Source of the DNA: Eledone cirrhosa | Taxonomy: Eukaryota | Length of the DNA: 64,000 nt | Direction of reading: 5' to 3' | Assembly (NCBI GenBank): GCA_964016885.1 | Contig: OZ024758.1 | Location: 13,888,001 to 13,952,000, forward strand | Shown here: one piece after another, positions 24,477 to 39,357 of the stretch | Layout: every line of letters starts with the position of its first letter | How positions within the stretch are numbered: the stretch's first letter is position 1 | Notes under the pieces: model-generated | What the model saw: only the letters and a program-made list of their open reading frames with translations | Told to the model about the DNA's origin: nothing | Databases searched by the model: none | Made by a program: the position numbers and the translations under genes

Positions 24477-24812
24477 GGGCAGTGGATTGGCAGTATCGGT
24501 AGAGGGCCAGACGCCATGCTTTCCAGCATAGTTACGTCCCTTTACGATCTGAGTTCAAATCCCGCCGAGGTTAACTTTGCCTTTCATTCTTATGGGGTCG
24601 ATAAAATAAAGTACCAGTAATGTACTGGTCGGTGGATTGGCAGTATCGGTAGAGGGTCGGACGCCATGCTTTCCAGCATAGTTACGTCCCTTTACGATCT
24701 GAGTTCAAATCCCGCCGAGGTTAACTTTGCCTTTCATTCTTACGGGGGTCGATAAAATAAAGTACCAGTAAGGCACTCGGTAATTGCTGGCCTTGTGCCT
24801 AAAATAGAAACA
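24477..24812 (+). mobile_element. Family M SINE, partial head-to-tail dimer
   Basis: GTGGATTGGCAGTATCGGTAGAG heads at about 24482 and 24632. Confidence 0.85.
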
Positions 24813-26747
24813 ATTATTATTATTATTATTGTTTATATATATATGTTCCTGTCTTTTTTTTTCTTTTCTTATATAAATAATTGTTTCTACTTTAGGCACA
24901 AGGCCAGCAATTACCCAGTGCATTACTGGTACTTTATTTTATCGACCCCGTCTTATATAAATAATAAAAATCTTTACATGCACAAAACCCACATCGTACC
25001 GTCTCTAATGTTTTTCTTGATGTCAGCCCTTGTGGCCAATAAAGAAATCATTATTATTATTATTATTATTATTATTGTTATTTTTTACATAAACAGTGAA
25101 ATGAATTTTTAATATAGAATTATATCGATCCCTTAGTTGAGATTTGTGAACAATGGCCTGGTTCTGGGGGGTAGCATTGCCAGAGGTATTCTGTTTAGTG
25201 CTGTGTATGTGGCTGTGTGTGTGGCTGTGTGGATGTGTGTGTGGGTATATGTATGTGTATGTATGTGTGTGTGTGGATGTGTGGGTGGGTGTATGTATGT
25301 GTGTGTGTGGATGTGTGTGTGGGTATATGTGTGGATGTGTGGGTGGGTGTGTGTGTGTGGATGGATGTGTGTGTGTCTGTGTGGATGTGTGTGTGGGTGT
25401 ATGTATGTATATGTATGTGTGTGTGTGGATGTGTGGGTGGGTGTATGTGTGTCTGTGTGGATGTGTGGATGTGTGTATGGGTATATATGTGTATGTGTGT
25501 GTGGATGTGTGGGTGGGTGTATGGATATGTGTGGATGTGTTTGTGGTGTGTGTCTGTGGATGTGTGGGTGGGTGTGGATGGATGTGTGTGTGTGGGTATA
25601 TGTATGTGTATGTATGTATATGTGGATGTATGTGTGAATGTATGTGGGTGTGTGTGTGTGTGGATGGATGTGTGTGTGTCTGTGTGGATGGGTATATGTA
25701 TGTGTATGTGTGTGTGTGTGTGGATGGATGTGTGTGTGTCTGTGTGGGTGTGGGTATGTGTATGTGTGTGTGTGTGGATGTGAGTGTGTGTGTGTGTGTG
25801 TGTGTGGATGGATGTGTGTGGATGTGTGTGTATGTATATGTGTGTTTTCACTAGGAATGTATAAAAATGTAATTCTAACTCTCTTACACCCCCCTGAAGA
25901 TAGATTTTATTTTCCTTTATTTTTTTTGCGCGTGTCTTTTTCTTTGGTTTAGAGTGACTCCCTCTTCCTCATTACCATTAGGCTACAATTGTGGAATACC
26001 TCCCGTATAAAGGAAACATTTCTGTTTACATTCTTAATTGATATACATTATCCATTATCTGCACTTCTCTTCTCTTTTTCTGTGCAGCGGGGTGGGTGGG
26101 ATGGGGGGTAGGAATGAAGAACTGGGGCGGAGGGGGGACCAAATCAAAACAAAACAATAAAAAAACATTGAAAATAATAATAATTTCAAACTTTATATTT
26201 GGGGGAATAAGAGGGTTGATAGATTAGTGGGTTAAAATAATAATAATAATAATAATAATAATAATTTTGTAAATCTTTCACCAGATTTCTTGTCTATGTT
26301 TTGCATTTTTTTTTTTTTTTTGTTTGGTTTCGTGGATGTCTTTCTTTCTTTCTTTCTTTCTTTCTGATAGAGTATTGATTTTATTGTTGCTACAATAAAG
26401 GTAGTGGTGGGGGTGGGGGGTTGAGGGGGTTTTGAAACAACAACAATAAAAACATATTTCTTCCTTCTTCCCCCCTCCCTATCTCTCTCACTTGTTACTT
26501 CTGAAGGGACAACAACAACAACAACAACAACAATCAAACCGTATTTCTTCTTCCTCCCTTCCTATCTCTCTCGCTTCATGCTCTGAAAAAGGCAACAAGC
26601 AACAACTGGTGCCATCCATGGCAGCTGTTACAGTCTTATTTCCTAAATTCTAGCCTCCTTCCTTCCTTCTCTTTAAATGGAGGATTCTCTGATTCTGTCG
26701 ACTTCTCAATCAAATAATATTTTTCAGCTTTCTCACTGGCACCCTTC

Positions 26748-26779
<32 letters not shown>

Positions 26780-28272
26780 TCCTATCTCTCTCCCCTCTCT
26801 TTTCCTATCTCCTCCACCCCCTCTCTCTCTCTCCCTCTTTTCCTATCTCTCTCACCCTCTCTCTCCCCTCTTTCTCTCTCTCTCTCCCCTCTTTCTCTCT
26901 CTCTCACCCCTCTTTCTCTCTCTACTGTCTCTCCCCTATCTCTCTCAGCTCTTTCTCTCTTCTCTCCTGTCTTTCTCTCTCTCTCCTGTCTTTCCACTCA
27001 CTGTCTCCCTCTCTCCCCTCTCTCCCTCGCCCCTCTCTCCCTCGCCCCTCTCTCCCTCGCTCCTCCACCCTCTCTCTCATGTGCATATGTATGTGTGTAT
27101 GTGTATGTATGTATATGTGTATGTGTACATGTATGCATATGTGTGTGTGTGTATGTATGTATATGCATGTGTATATTTATATATCTATATATACATGCTA
27201 TGAGTTTTCAAATGACTTTTCATGTCTAATCAGTTCATAATATATTAACTGCCATAATGATTAGTTCCGTAAGTTATATTTTGGTAAATGTCCTCTAGGG
27301 TATTCAAATAATTGTATAACACACATTCAACCCCTTCGTTCGTTTTCATGAACAGTTTCTCACATAAAGTAAACCCAAATCTCATCAGTTCTTGTAAAAA
27401 TAGAAATAAACTCACTCAACACTCCAATGTTTATTTACAAATATTGTCACATTTTAAAACCTGATATTTAACTTCTGTTTAAAACAGCTGTCATCTGGGG
27501 TCATTTAGCTCAATTGTACAGAACACTTAGTCAGGATTTGTGAGACACAGAATTTGATTTTTTGTTGCCTCTGCTGGCCATGTTTTCTCTCTATAGGGGT
27601 ATTTTACCCAATTTTCTATGCTGTTTGTGATTTTCTCCAATTTTTTTTCTTAGGATGTTAAGACAGCTGTCATCTGGAGTCATTTAGCTCAATGGTGAGC
27701 ACTTAGCTAGGATTTGTGAGGTACAGAGTTTGATTCTTTGTTGCAGCTGCTGGCCACTTCTTTCTGTCTATAGGGGTATTTTACCATGATTCCAGCATGG
27801 ACTGGGTGCTTTTTTTTCTCATGGAACCGAAATGACCCCTTTACAGCATGGACTGGGTGCTTTTTATTGTGGAACTGAAATGACCATGTTCTTCTTCTCT
27901 GTTCACCCCTTAACTTTATCTAAAACCCTTTTTGTCTACTATTTCTACAATGGCCTCTGCCACAGCAAGCTGAATACTCTCTCTCACCTCCAAAACTCAT
28001 TTCTTCTTCTCAGTTCACCCCTTAACTTTATCTAATACCAAAACTAAACACTTTCCCCCCACCTCTCTTTCCCTGTTAGAATCTCTTACCCCAACCGATA
28101 TATTCTTCTTCTCCAAACTCCAGCCTGTAGAAGTTTCAACTAAGTGTACTTCACTAACCACATTAGTTTCACTATTCTGCTGGAAGGGGCTTACATTTGC
28201 TGCCGCTACTTCCTTTCCTCTCCTGATTAATTAATGAAAAACACTGTGTGCGCGGCTGTGTGTCAGTGAGGC

Positions 28273-28306
<34 letters not shown>

Positions 28307-28469
28307 AGAGGCTGTATGTATGCGGCTGTGTGTGTATGTAAGGCTATATGCGTGAGGCTATGTGTGTGTATGCAGCTGTATGTGTATGAGGCTCTATGTG
28401 TGTAGTGTATGAGGCTATGTGTGTGAATGCAGCTGTATGTGTCTGAGGCTGTGTGTGTGTGTATAAGGC

Positions 28470-30487
28470 TCTTCCATACTACTGCTATATCTATATTTAC
28501 ACTAATGCTCTTCCATACTACTGCTATATCTATATTTACACTGATGCTCTTCCATACTACTGCTATATCTATATTTACACTAATGCCCTTCCATACTACT
28601 GCTATATCTATATTTACACTAATACTCTTCCATACTACTGCTATATCTATATTTACACTAATGCCCTTCCATACTACTGCTATATCTATATTTACACTAA
28701 TGCCCTTCCATACTACTGCTATATCTATATTTACACTAATGCCCTTCCATACTACTGCTATATCTATATTTACACTAATACTCTTCCATACTACTGCTAT
28801 ATCTATATTTACACTAATGCCCTTCCATACTACTGCTATATCTATATTTACACTAATACTCTTCCATACTACTGCTATGTCTATATTTACACTAATGCCC
28901 TTCCATACTACTGCTATGTCTATATTTACACTGATGCTCTTCCATACTACTGCTATGTCTATATTTACACTAATGCCCTTCCATACTACTGCTATATCTA
29001 TATTTACACTAATGCCCTTCCATACTACTGCTATATCTATATTTACACTAATACTCTTCCATACTACTGCTATATCTATATTTACACTGATGCTCTTCCA
29101 TACTACTGCTATATCTATATTTACACTGATGCTCTTCCATACTACTGCTATGTCTATATTTACACTAATGCCCTTCCATACTACTGCTATATCTATATTT
29201 ACACTAATGCCCTTCCATACTACTGCTATATCTATATTTACACTAATACTCTTCCATACTACTGCTATATCTATATTTACACTAATGCCCTTCCATACTA
29301 CTGCTATATCTATATTTACACTAATGCCCTTCCATACTACTGCTATATCTATATTTACACTAATGCCCTTCCATACTACTGCTATATCTATATTTACACT
29401 AATACTCTTCCATACTACTGCTATATCTATATTTACACTAATGCCCTTCCATACTACTGCTATATCTATATTTACACTAATACTCTTCCATACTACTGCT
29501 ATGTCTATATTTACACTAATGCCCTTCCATACTACTGCTATGTCTATATTTACACTGATGCTCTTCCATACTACTGCTATGTCTATATTTACACTAATGC
29601 CCTTCCATACTACTGCTATATCTATATTTACACTAATGCCCTTCCATACTACTGCTATATCTATATTTACACTAATACTCTTCCATACTACTGCTATATC
29701 TATATTTACACTGATGCTCTTCCATACTACTGCTATATCTATATTTACACTGATGCTCTTCCATACTACTGCTATGTCTATATTTACACTAATGCCCTTC
29801 CATACTACTGCTATGTCTATATTTACACTAATGCCCTTCCATACTACTGCTATATCTATATTTACACTGATGCTCTTCCATACTACTGCTATATCTATAT
29901 TTACACTGATGCTCTTCCATACTACTGCTATGTCTATATTTACACTAATGCCCTTCCATACTACTGCTATATCTATATTTACACTAATGCCCTTCCATAC
30001 TACTGCTATATCTATATTTACACTAATGCCCTTCCATACTACTGCTATATCTATATTTACACTAATGCTCTTCCATACTACTGCTATATCTATATTTACA
30101 CTAATGCCCTTCCATACTACTGCTATATCTATATTTACACTAATGTTCTTCCAAACTACTGCTATATCTATATTTACACTAATGCCCTTCCATACTACTG
30201 CTATATCTATATTTACACTAATGCCCTTCCATACTACTGCTATATCTATATTTACACTGATGCTCTTCCATACTACTGCTATATCTATATTTACACTAAT
30301 GCCCTTCCATACTACTGCTATATCTATATTTACACTAATGTTCTTCCAAACTACTGCTATATCTATATTTACACTAATGCCCTTCCATACTACTGCTATA
30401 TCTATATTTACACTAATGCTCTTCCATACTACTGCTATATCTATATTTACACTAATGCCCTTCCATACTACTGCTATATCTATATTT
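28470..30487. repeat. 39-bp minisatellite, about 52 copies, with higher-order structure
   Basis: Unit CTTCCATACTACTGCTATATCTATATTTACACTAATGCC. Confidence 0.97.
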
Positions 30488-30584
30488 GATATCTTAAACA
30501 ACTCTTACTTTCGAAACCAATTTACAAGTCTACCTTTATGTAGTGTTTGTTTATCACACCTTACTTTGCTACTTATAATGTCTC

Positions 30585-33500
30585 TACATGTATATGTGTG
30601 TGTATACATGCATGTGTGTGTGTATATGTGTGTGTATATATGTATACATGTATGTGTGTGTATACATGCATGTGTGTATATGTGTGTGTACATCCATGCA
30701 TGTGTGTATGTGTGTGTACATCCATGTGTGTGTACATACATGCATGTGTGTATATGTGTGTGTATATCCATGTGTGTGTACATACATGCATGTGTGTATA
30801 TGTGTGTGTACATCCATGTGTGTGTACATACATGCATGTGTGTATATGTGTGTGTACATCCATGTGTGTGTACATACATGCATGTGTGTATATGTGTATA
30901 CATGCATGTGTGTGTATATCTGTGTGTACATGTGTGTGTACATACATACATGTGTGTATATGTGTGTGTATATATGTGTACATGTATGTGTACATACATG
31001 CATGTGTGTATATGTGTGTGTACATCCATGTGTACATGTATGTGTACATACATACATGCATGTGTGTATGTGTGTGTGTAAATCCATGTGTGTATATCTG
31101 TACATGTATGTGTACATACATGCATGTGTGTATATGTGTGTGTATATCTGTGTACATACATGCATGTGTGTGTGTATATGTGTGTACATCCATGTGTGTG
31201 TATATCTGTGTGTACATGTATGTGTACATACATGCATGCATGTGTGTGTGTGTGTACATGCATGTGTGTGTGTGTGTACATATATATACATGTGTGTACA
31301 TATGTATTCCATGCATGTGTTGTGCTGTGTGTACATGCATGTGGGTGTATATGTGTGTGTACATCCATGTGTGTGTATATCTGTGTGTACATATCTGTGT
31401 GTACATGTATGTGTACATACATGCATGCATGTGTGTGTGTGTGTACATGCATGTGGGTGTATATGTGTGTGTACATCTATATACATGTGTGTACATATGT
31501 ATTCCATGCGTGTGTTGTGCTGTGTGTACATGCATGTGGGTGTATATGTGTGTGTGTGTACATCTATATACATGTGTGTACATATGTATTCCATGCATGT
31601 GTTGTGCTGTGTGTACATGCATGTGGGTGTATATGTGTGTGTGTACATCTATATACATGTGTGTACATATGTATTCCATGCGTGTGTTGTGCTGTGTGTA
31701 CATGCATGTGGGTGTATATGTGTGTGTGTGTACATCTATATACATGTGTGTACATATGTATTCCATGCATGTGTTGTGCTGTGTGTACATGCATGTGGGT
31801 GTATATGTGTGTGTGTACATCTATATACATGTGTGTACATATGTATTCCATGCGTGTGTTGTGTGTGTGTACATGCATGTGGGTGTATATGTGTGTGTGT
31901 GTACATCTATATACATGTGTGTACATATGTATTCCATGCGTGTGTTGTGCTGTGTGTACATGCATGTGGGTGTATATGTGTGTGTGTACATCTATATACA
32001 TGTGTGTACATATGTATTCCATGCATGTGTTGTGCTGTGTGTACATGCATGTGGGTGTATATGTGTGTGTGTACATCTATATACATGTGTGTACATATGT
32101 ATTCCATGCATGTGTTGTGCTGTGTGTACATGCATGTGGGTGTATATGTGTGTGTGTACATCTATATACATGTGTGTACATATGTATTCCATGCATGGGT
32201 TGTGCTGTGTGTACATGCATGTGGGTGTATATGTGTGTGTGTACATCTATATACATGTGTGTACATATGTATTCCATGCATGTGTTGTGCTGTGTGTACA
32301 TGCATGTGGGTGTATATGTGTGTGTGTACATCTATATACATGTGTGTACATATGTATTCCATGCATGGGTTGTGCTGTGTGTACATGCATGTGGGTGTAT
32401 ATGTGTGTGTGTACATCTATATACATGTGTGTACATATGTATTCCATGCGTGTGTTGTGCTGTGTGTACATGCATGTGGGTGTATATGTGTGTGTGTACA
32501 TCTATATACATGTGTGTACATATGTATTCCATGCATGTGTTGTGCTGTGTGTACATGCATGTGGGTGTATATGTGTGTGTGTACATATATATACATGTGT
32601 GTACATATGTATTCCATGCGTGTGTTGTGCTGTGTGTACATGCATGTGGGTGTATATGTGTGTGTGTACATCTATATACATGTGTGTACATATGTATTCC
32701 ATGCATGTGTTGTGCTGTGTGTACATGCATGTGGGTGTATATGTGTGTGTACATCCATGTGTGTGTATATCTGTGTGTACGTGTGTGTGTGTGTGTACAT
32801 GCATGTGGGTGTATATGTGTGTGTGTACATATATATACATGTGTGTACATATGTATTCCATGCATGTGTTGTGCTGTGTGTACATGCATGTGGGTGTATA
32901 TGTGTGTGTGTACATATATATACATGTGTGTACATATGTATTCCATGCGTGCGTTGTGCTGTGTGTACATGCATGTGGGTGTATATGTGTGTGTGTACAT
33001 CTATATACATGTGTGTACATATGTATTCCATGCGTGTGTTGTGCTGTGTGTACATGCATGTGGGTGTATATGTGTGTGTGTGTACATATATATACATGTG
33101 TGTACATATGTATTCCATGCGTGTGTTGTGCTGTGTGTACATGCATGTGGGTGTATATGTGTGTGTGTACATCTATATACATGTGTGTACATATGTATTC
33201 CATGCGTGTGTTGTGCTGTGTGTACATGCATGTGGGTGTATATGTGTGTGTGTACATATATATACATGTGTGTACATATGTATTCCATGCGTGTGTTGTG
33301 CTGTGTGTACATGCATGTGGGTGTATATGTGTGTGTGTACATCTATATACATGTGTGTACATATGTATTCCATGCATGGGTTGTGCTGTGTGTACATGCA
33401 TGTGGGTGTATATGTGTGTGTGTACATATATATACATGTGTGTACATATGTATTCCATGCGTGTGTTGTGTGTGTGTACATGCATGTGGGTGTATATGTG

Positions 33501-35090
33501 TGTGTGTACATCTATATACATGTGTGTACATATGTATTCCATGCATGTGTTGTGCTGTGTGTACATGCATGTGGGTGTATATGTGTGTGTGTACATATAT
33601 ATACATGTGTGTACATATGTATTCCATGCGTGTGTTGTGCTGTGTGTACATGCATGTGGGTGTATATGTGTGTGTGTACATCTATATACATGTGTGTACA
33701 TATGTATTCCATGCATGGGTTGTGCTGTGTGTACATGCATGTGGGTGTATATGTGTGTGTGTACATATATATACATGTGTGTACATATGTATTCCATGCG
33801 TGTGTTGTGCTGTGTGTACATGCATGTGGGTGTATATGTGTGTGTGTACATCTATATACATGTGTGTACATATGTATTCCATGCGTGTGTTGTGCTGTGT
33901 GTACATGCATGTGGGTGTATATGTGTGTGTGTACATCTATATACATGTGTGTACATATGTATTCCATGCATGGGTTGTGCTGTGTGTACATGCATGTGGG
34001 TGTATATGTGTGTGTGTACATATATATACATGTGTGTACATATGTATTCCATGCGTGTGTTGTGCTGTGTGTACATGCATGTGGGTGTATATGTGTGTGT
34101 GTACATATATATACATGTGTGTACATATGTATTCCATGCGTGTGTTGTGCTGTGTGTACATGCATGTGGGTGTATATGTGTGTGTGTACATCTATATACA
34201 TGTGTGTACATATGTATTCCATGCGTGTGTTGTGCTGTGTGTACATGCATGTGGGTGTATATGTGTGTGTGTACATCTATATACATGTGTGTACATATGT
34301 ATTCCATGCATGTGTTGTGCTGTGTGTACATGCATGTGGGTGTATATGTGTGTGTGTACATCTATATACATGTGTGTACATATGTATTCCATGCATGTGT
34401 TGTGCTGTGTGTACATGCATGTGGGTGTATATGTGTGTGTGTACATCTATATACATGTGTGTACATATGTATTCCATGCGTGTGTTGTGCTGTGTGTACA
34501 TGCATGTGGGTGTATATGTGTGTGTGTACATCTATATACATGTGTGTACATATGTATTCCATGCATGTGTTGTGCTGTGTGTACATGCATGTGGGTGTAT
34601 ATGTGTGTGTGTACATCTATATACATGTGTGTACATATGTATTCCATGCATGTGTTGTGCTGTGTGTACATGCATGTGGGTGTATATGTGTGTGTGTACA
34701 TCTATATACATGTGTGTACATATGTATTCCATGCGTGTGTTGTGCTGTGTGTACATGCATGTGGGTGTATATGTGTGTGTGTACATCTATATACATGTGT
34801 GTACATATGTATTCCATGCGTGTGTTGTGCTGTGTGTACATGCATGTGGGTGTATATGTGTGTGTGTACATCTATATACATGTGTGTACATATGTATTCC
34901 ATGCATGTGTTGTGCTGTGTGTACATGCATGTGGGTGTATATGTGTGTGTGTACATCTATATACATGTGTGTACATATGTATTCCATGCGTGCGTTGTGC
35001 TGTGTGTACATGCATGTGGGTGTATATGTGTGTGTGTACATCTATATACATGTGTGTACATATGTATTCCATGAATGTGTTGTGCTGTGT
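30585..35090. repeat. 85-bp satellite (about 43 copies from ~31440) preceded by a degenerate (TG/TA/CA) precursor zone
   Basis: Unit TGTACATCTATATACATGTGTGTACATATGTATTCCATGCRTGTGTTGTGCTGTGTGTACATGCATGTGGGTGTATATGTGTGTG. ORF-track stops recur every 85 bp. Confidence 0.97.
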
Positions 35091-35160
35091 GCTGTTGTAC
35101 GTAAGACTCTTGTTGCGTGGCATGTTTGCTGTTCAATATTCAATTTGAGTTTTTACTTTC

Positions 35161-35208
<48 letters not shown>

Positions 35209-35261
35209 CCACCCATCTCTCACCTCTCACATACCTTTTTCTCTTTCACTCTCTCATACAC

Positions 35262-35301
<40 letters not shown>

Positions 35302-35364
35302 ATCTCTACCCCACCCATCTCTCACCTCTCACATACCTTTTTTCTCTTTCACTCTCTCATACAC

Positions 35365-35439
<75 letters not shown>

Positions 35440-35780
35440 ACACACACATACATACACAATAATATTATGTAAATAGAAAATAGGCTCTGTTGATTTTATT
35501 GGTTCCATCTGTGAGTTATTGAGAGCAAGGTGTGTGTGTGTGGGGGGGGGGTGACAGAACCGATACTAAGCTAAATTCTCTGTGACTCAGCTCCTATATT
35601 TCACCAGTTCCATTGCTATGAGATGTGTTGGTATTTATTTGATAAAAAAAAAAATTAAAAAAAAGGCTTTAGTGATTTATCAGGTATCAACTGTGTTTCA
35701 ATGACTCAGCCGAATAATATTTCTGAGTTGGACATTAAAGCTGAGAAGGGGTAACGTTAGTCACACTAGTCATTAAAAAT

Positions 35781-35827
<47 letters not shown>

Positions 35828-36141
35828 TGCCATTTAGCATTCATGGGTAAGGCAGGTCAGGTCATCCACGCCGGGAGGCAAGTCTGTCCAGAGTTGGCTC
35901 TGCCATCCATGGGGACTGTAAATTTGGCCAGGGTATTTTACAGCTGGATGCGCTCCCTAACACCAACCACTTTTACAGTGTGGAACTGGATGGCTCCATT
36001 ATGAGGAGGGACAGGCCCGTTGGCCGTGCCAGTTAAATTTAGCAAATAACTGCTTACTCCAGTCTGCCTGGCTGATAAAAGGACCAGGTTGTCCTCCGGT
36101 TTTGTGGTTGAATAAAGAATACCATTATCTAAAACAGTTAT

Positions 36142-36315
36142 GGCGGTATCGGTAGAGGGTCGGACGCCATGCTTTACAGCATAGTTACGTCCCTTTACAA
36201 TCTGAGTTCAAATCCCGCCGAGGTTGACTTTGCCTTTCATCCTTACGGGGTCGATAAAATAAAGTACCAGTAATGCACTGGGTAATTGCTGGCCTTGTGC
36301 CTAAAGTAGAAACAA
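36142..36315 (+). mobile_element. Family M SINE with TSD
   Basis: Flanked by the direct repeat ATTATCTAAAACAGTTA. Confidence 0.85.
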
Positions 36316-37188
36316 TTATCTAAAACAGTTAAATTTAGTAAATAACTGCTTTCTCCAGTCTGCTTGGCTGACAAAAGAACCAAGTTGTCCTCCTGTTTTG
36401 TGGTTCAATGAACAATACCATTATGTAAAACAGTTACTAGAAAAACTGTTTAATTAATTTAGCAAATAACTAACTAAATAAATAAAATAAATAAAACACC
36501 TGAATCAGCAATCACGGAAATAATAATGATATAAAACAGTTAAAATAAATTAATTCAACTTTAGAATATTTTTTCAAAATATGAAAAGTCCCAGCAATTT
36601 CTGTTTCAATCAATTATGAAAAATTCATGTTTTAATTGACTTTCGTTTATGTCAGCTTTCTTTCTTTCTTTCATTTTGTCTTCAATTTGAAATTTTAAAC
36701 TAAAAAAGAAATTAATGAATAAAAAAAAAATGAAGATAAGTAAATAAATAACAAGTGAAAGAAAACAAAAAAAAACAACCCCAAAGTGACTTTGAATATA
36801 AATTAGTATCTCTTGTATAACATTTCAGTTTTTATATTAGTTAAAATGGTGAGCACTGTAGTGGTGGTGTGGTGGTGGTAGCTATGGTAGTGGTGGTGGT
36901 GGTTATGATAGTGGCAGTGGTGGTTATGATAGTGGCAGTGGTGGTGGTGGTGGGGTAACACTTCGTTTGTGAGGCCCTCGTTTAAATCCTCTTTGTAGAG
37001 ATATTTCACTTAAAAAAGAAGTTTTTTTTTTGTTAGCTAACATTTACATCTCTCTCTCCCTCCCTCTCCATTTCCTTCTCACTCTCTCCCCCTCACTTAA
37101 TCTCTCACTCTCTCTCTTTCTCTCTCTCTATCCTCTCTGATGAATGTCTTTTAAAAGATCAAACTCCATTATCAACTGATCAAGTGAC

Positions 37189-37243
<55 letters not shown>

Positions 37244-37502
37244 TTTGTTTTTTTGTATGTCTATTTTTTCTATATATTCATCATTACTGTTCAATTTTTC
37301 ATTCTCTTGGGGTGAGGTTTGTTGAAAGAAAGAATTACGTAAAGAAATAATAACTCCAAAACACAAATGTCAGAAAGTAAAAGACCTTCAAGAACTTATG
37401 GGATTTTGTTTAATTATTTATAATTTGATAGAATTTATCTTTAAACTTTTGAAATTATCTAAAGAGAGAAAACAGGCAGAAAAGGAATTAAAAAAAAAAA
37501 AT

Positions 37503-37965
37503 GACTTATACACAAATATTTACATTATATATATATACGAATATTTACATTATATATATACACAAATATTTACATTATATATATATATACACAAATATTT
37601 ACATTATATATATATATACACGAATATTTACATTATATATTTGTGGGGGGAAAGGTGTGACTTATACACGAATATTTACATTATATATTTGTGGGGGAAA
37701 GGTGTGACTTATACACGAATATTTACATTATATATTTGTGGGGGAAAGGTGTGACTTATACACGAATATTTACATTATATATTTGTGGGGGAAAGGTGTG
37801 ACTTATACACGAATATTTACATTATATATTTGTGGGGGAAAGATGTGACTTATACACGAATATTTACATTATATATTTGTGGGGGAAACGTGTGACTTAT
37901 ACATGAATATTTACATTTTATATTTGTGGGGGTAAGGTGCGACTTATACGCGAATATTTACATTT
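37503..37965. repeat. 47-bp minisatellite, about 7 full copies plus shorter precursors
   Basis: Unit GTGACTTATACACGAATATTTACATTATATATTTGTGGGGGAAAGGT. Confidence 0.9.
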
Positions 37966-38131
37966 TTATAGCCATATTATTTTTAATTTTATCGCCAACT
38001 GTTATGCTGTATTGCCTGAGAAAGGTACATAACTTTTTTTGCTACAGTTTACTTCAATGATGAAATAGGTTTCCACTTGCGAATCCAGCTATATATATAT
38101 GTGTATATATACATATATATATATACATATA

Positions 38132-38162
<31 letters not shown>

Positions 38163-38879
38163 TTATATGATTGTTTTAACAGGGAAAATAAATAAACAGA
38201 TAGGTAAATAAACAAATATTGCTCTGTTGTACCAACCAACATGGTTACATGAATGTAAAGCTGTAGCAAATAAAATGGCAAAAAAAACTGAACAAATGTG
38301 TTGACAAAGGAAAAAAAGATATCAATATGACGGCGTATGAAGCAGCCGACTGCTGCTTCTCTGTCTATTGACGAGCAACTCTTCCAGAAAACAAAATGAA
38401 AAACATGTTTTTGCTATATATATAAAAAAAGAGACAAAAATCTTTTCATGGTTCTCTTTTGGGGAAAGATTTTGTTTCTTTTTATCGGACTCTTGGGAAT
38501 AATGTTGATATAGTTTGTTTTCTTTCGTTGTTTTGTTGTTTTGTTGTTGTTTTTTTTTGTTGTTGTTCTGTCAGAAAACACAAAAGGGAAATGAGGAATG
38601 TATAAAAATGTAAATAAATAAAATAAAATAAAATAAAATAATTTTTTTTAAAGTGAGAGAGAGAGAGGGTGAGTGGGAATGAAAATAAAATAAGAAAAAA
38701 TCCTTGTACTTAGAATTAGATATTTTCTTTGAGTTTTGTCATTTCTTAATTTTCTTTTTAGAACTAAAAGAAGAAGAAATCAAAAAACATTTGTGGTTTT
38801 CTCTTATCATTTCTAATATCTTGTATGTATTTTAGTGTACTGCCGTGATTCCTAAACTTATTTTGTCAGGAGACCCTTT

Positions 38880-39190
38880 TATCTTCTTCTTTGCCCACTT
38901 ATTCCTGAGAGGGGTCGTGTGTGAGTGTGGGGAGGGTGGAGGTGTGTGTGTGGGGGGGGGGGGGGGGGGGGGGGGGGCAGAGTCCTCAAACACTCCTTCC
39001 AGTGGGTCCTGTCAGAAGCAATTGTTTCCAACTGATCCGGTTGGATCCCCCAAGCGTGACCTGCCAAGCTCATGGATGTTATTCGACGATCTTGCTTGGG
39101 GTGGGTCTACCCATGGGACCTCTACCAGTTGGTTTCACCCGTAAAATCTGTCCAGCGATTCTTTCCTGAGACATTCTAACCACATACCCA
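38880..39190 (-). mobile_element. RTE-clade LINE 3' end fragment
   Basis: Encodes ...QLETIASDRTHWKECLRTLP; homologous to 2445-2760. Confidence 0.75.
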
Positions 39191-39357
39191 TAGTATTATT
39201 TCCCAAAACCCCAAGAACCTCCCGTATTTTACAGACAATCTCCAGCACCCTAATTTTGATAAGATATCATGTTGAACAAAATATATTTCCGAGATTGTGG
39301 TTTTCTTTTTCTATTTCTATCTCTTGTTTGTATTTTAATGTACAGCCAGTAACTCTA

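Noticed and set aside
28231-35462. ORFs of 678-1624 aa
   Set aside because: They are translations of 39-bp and 85-bp tandem repeats, open in several frames and on both strands, with no unique domain or splice context.
37137-37170. CTGATGA followed by a short hairpin
   Set aside because: No GAAA core and no stem I complement.
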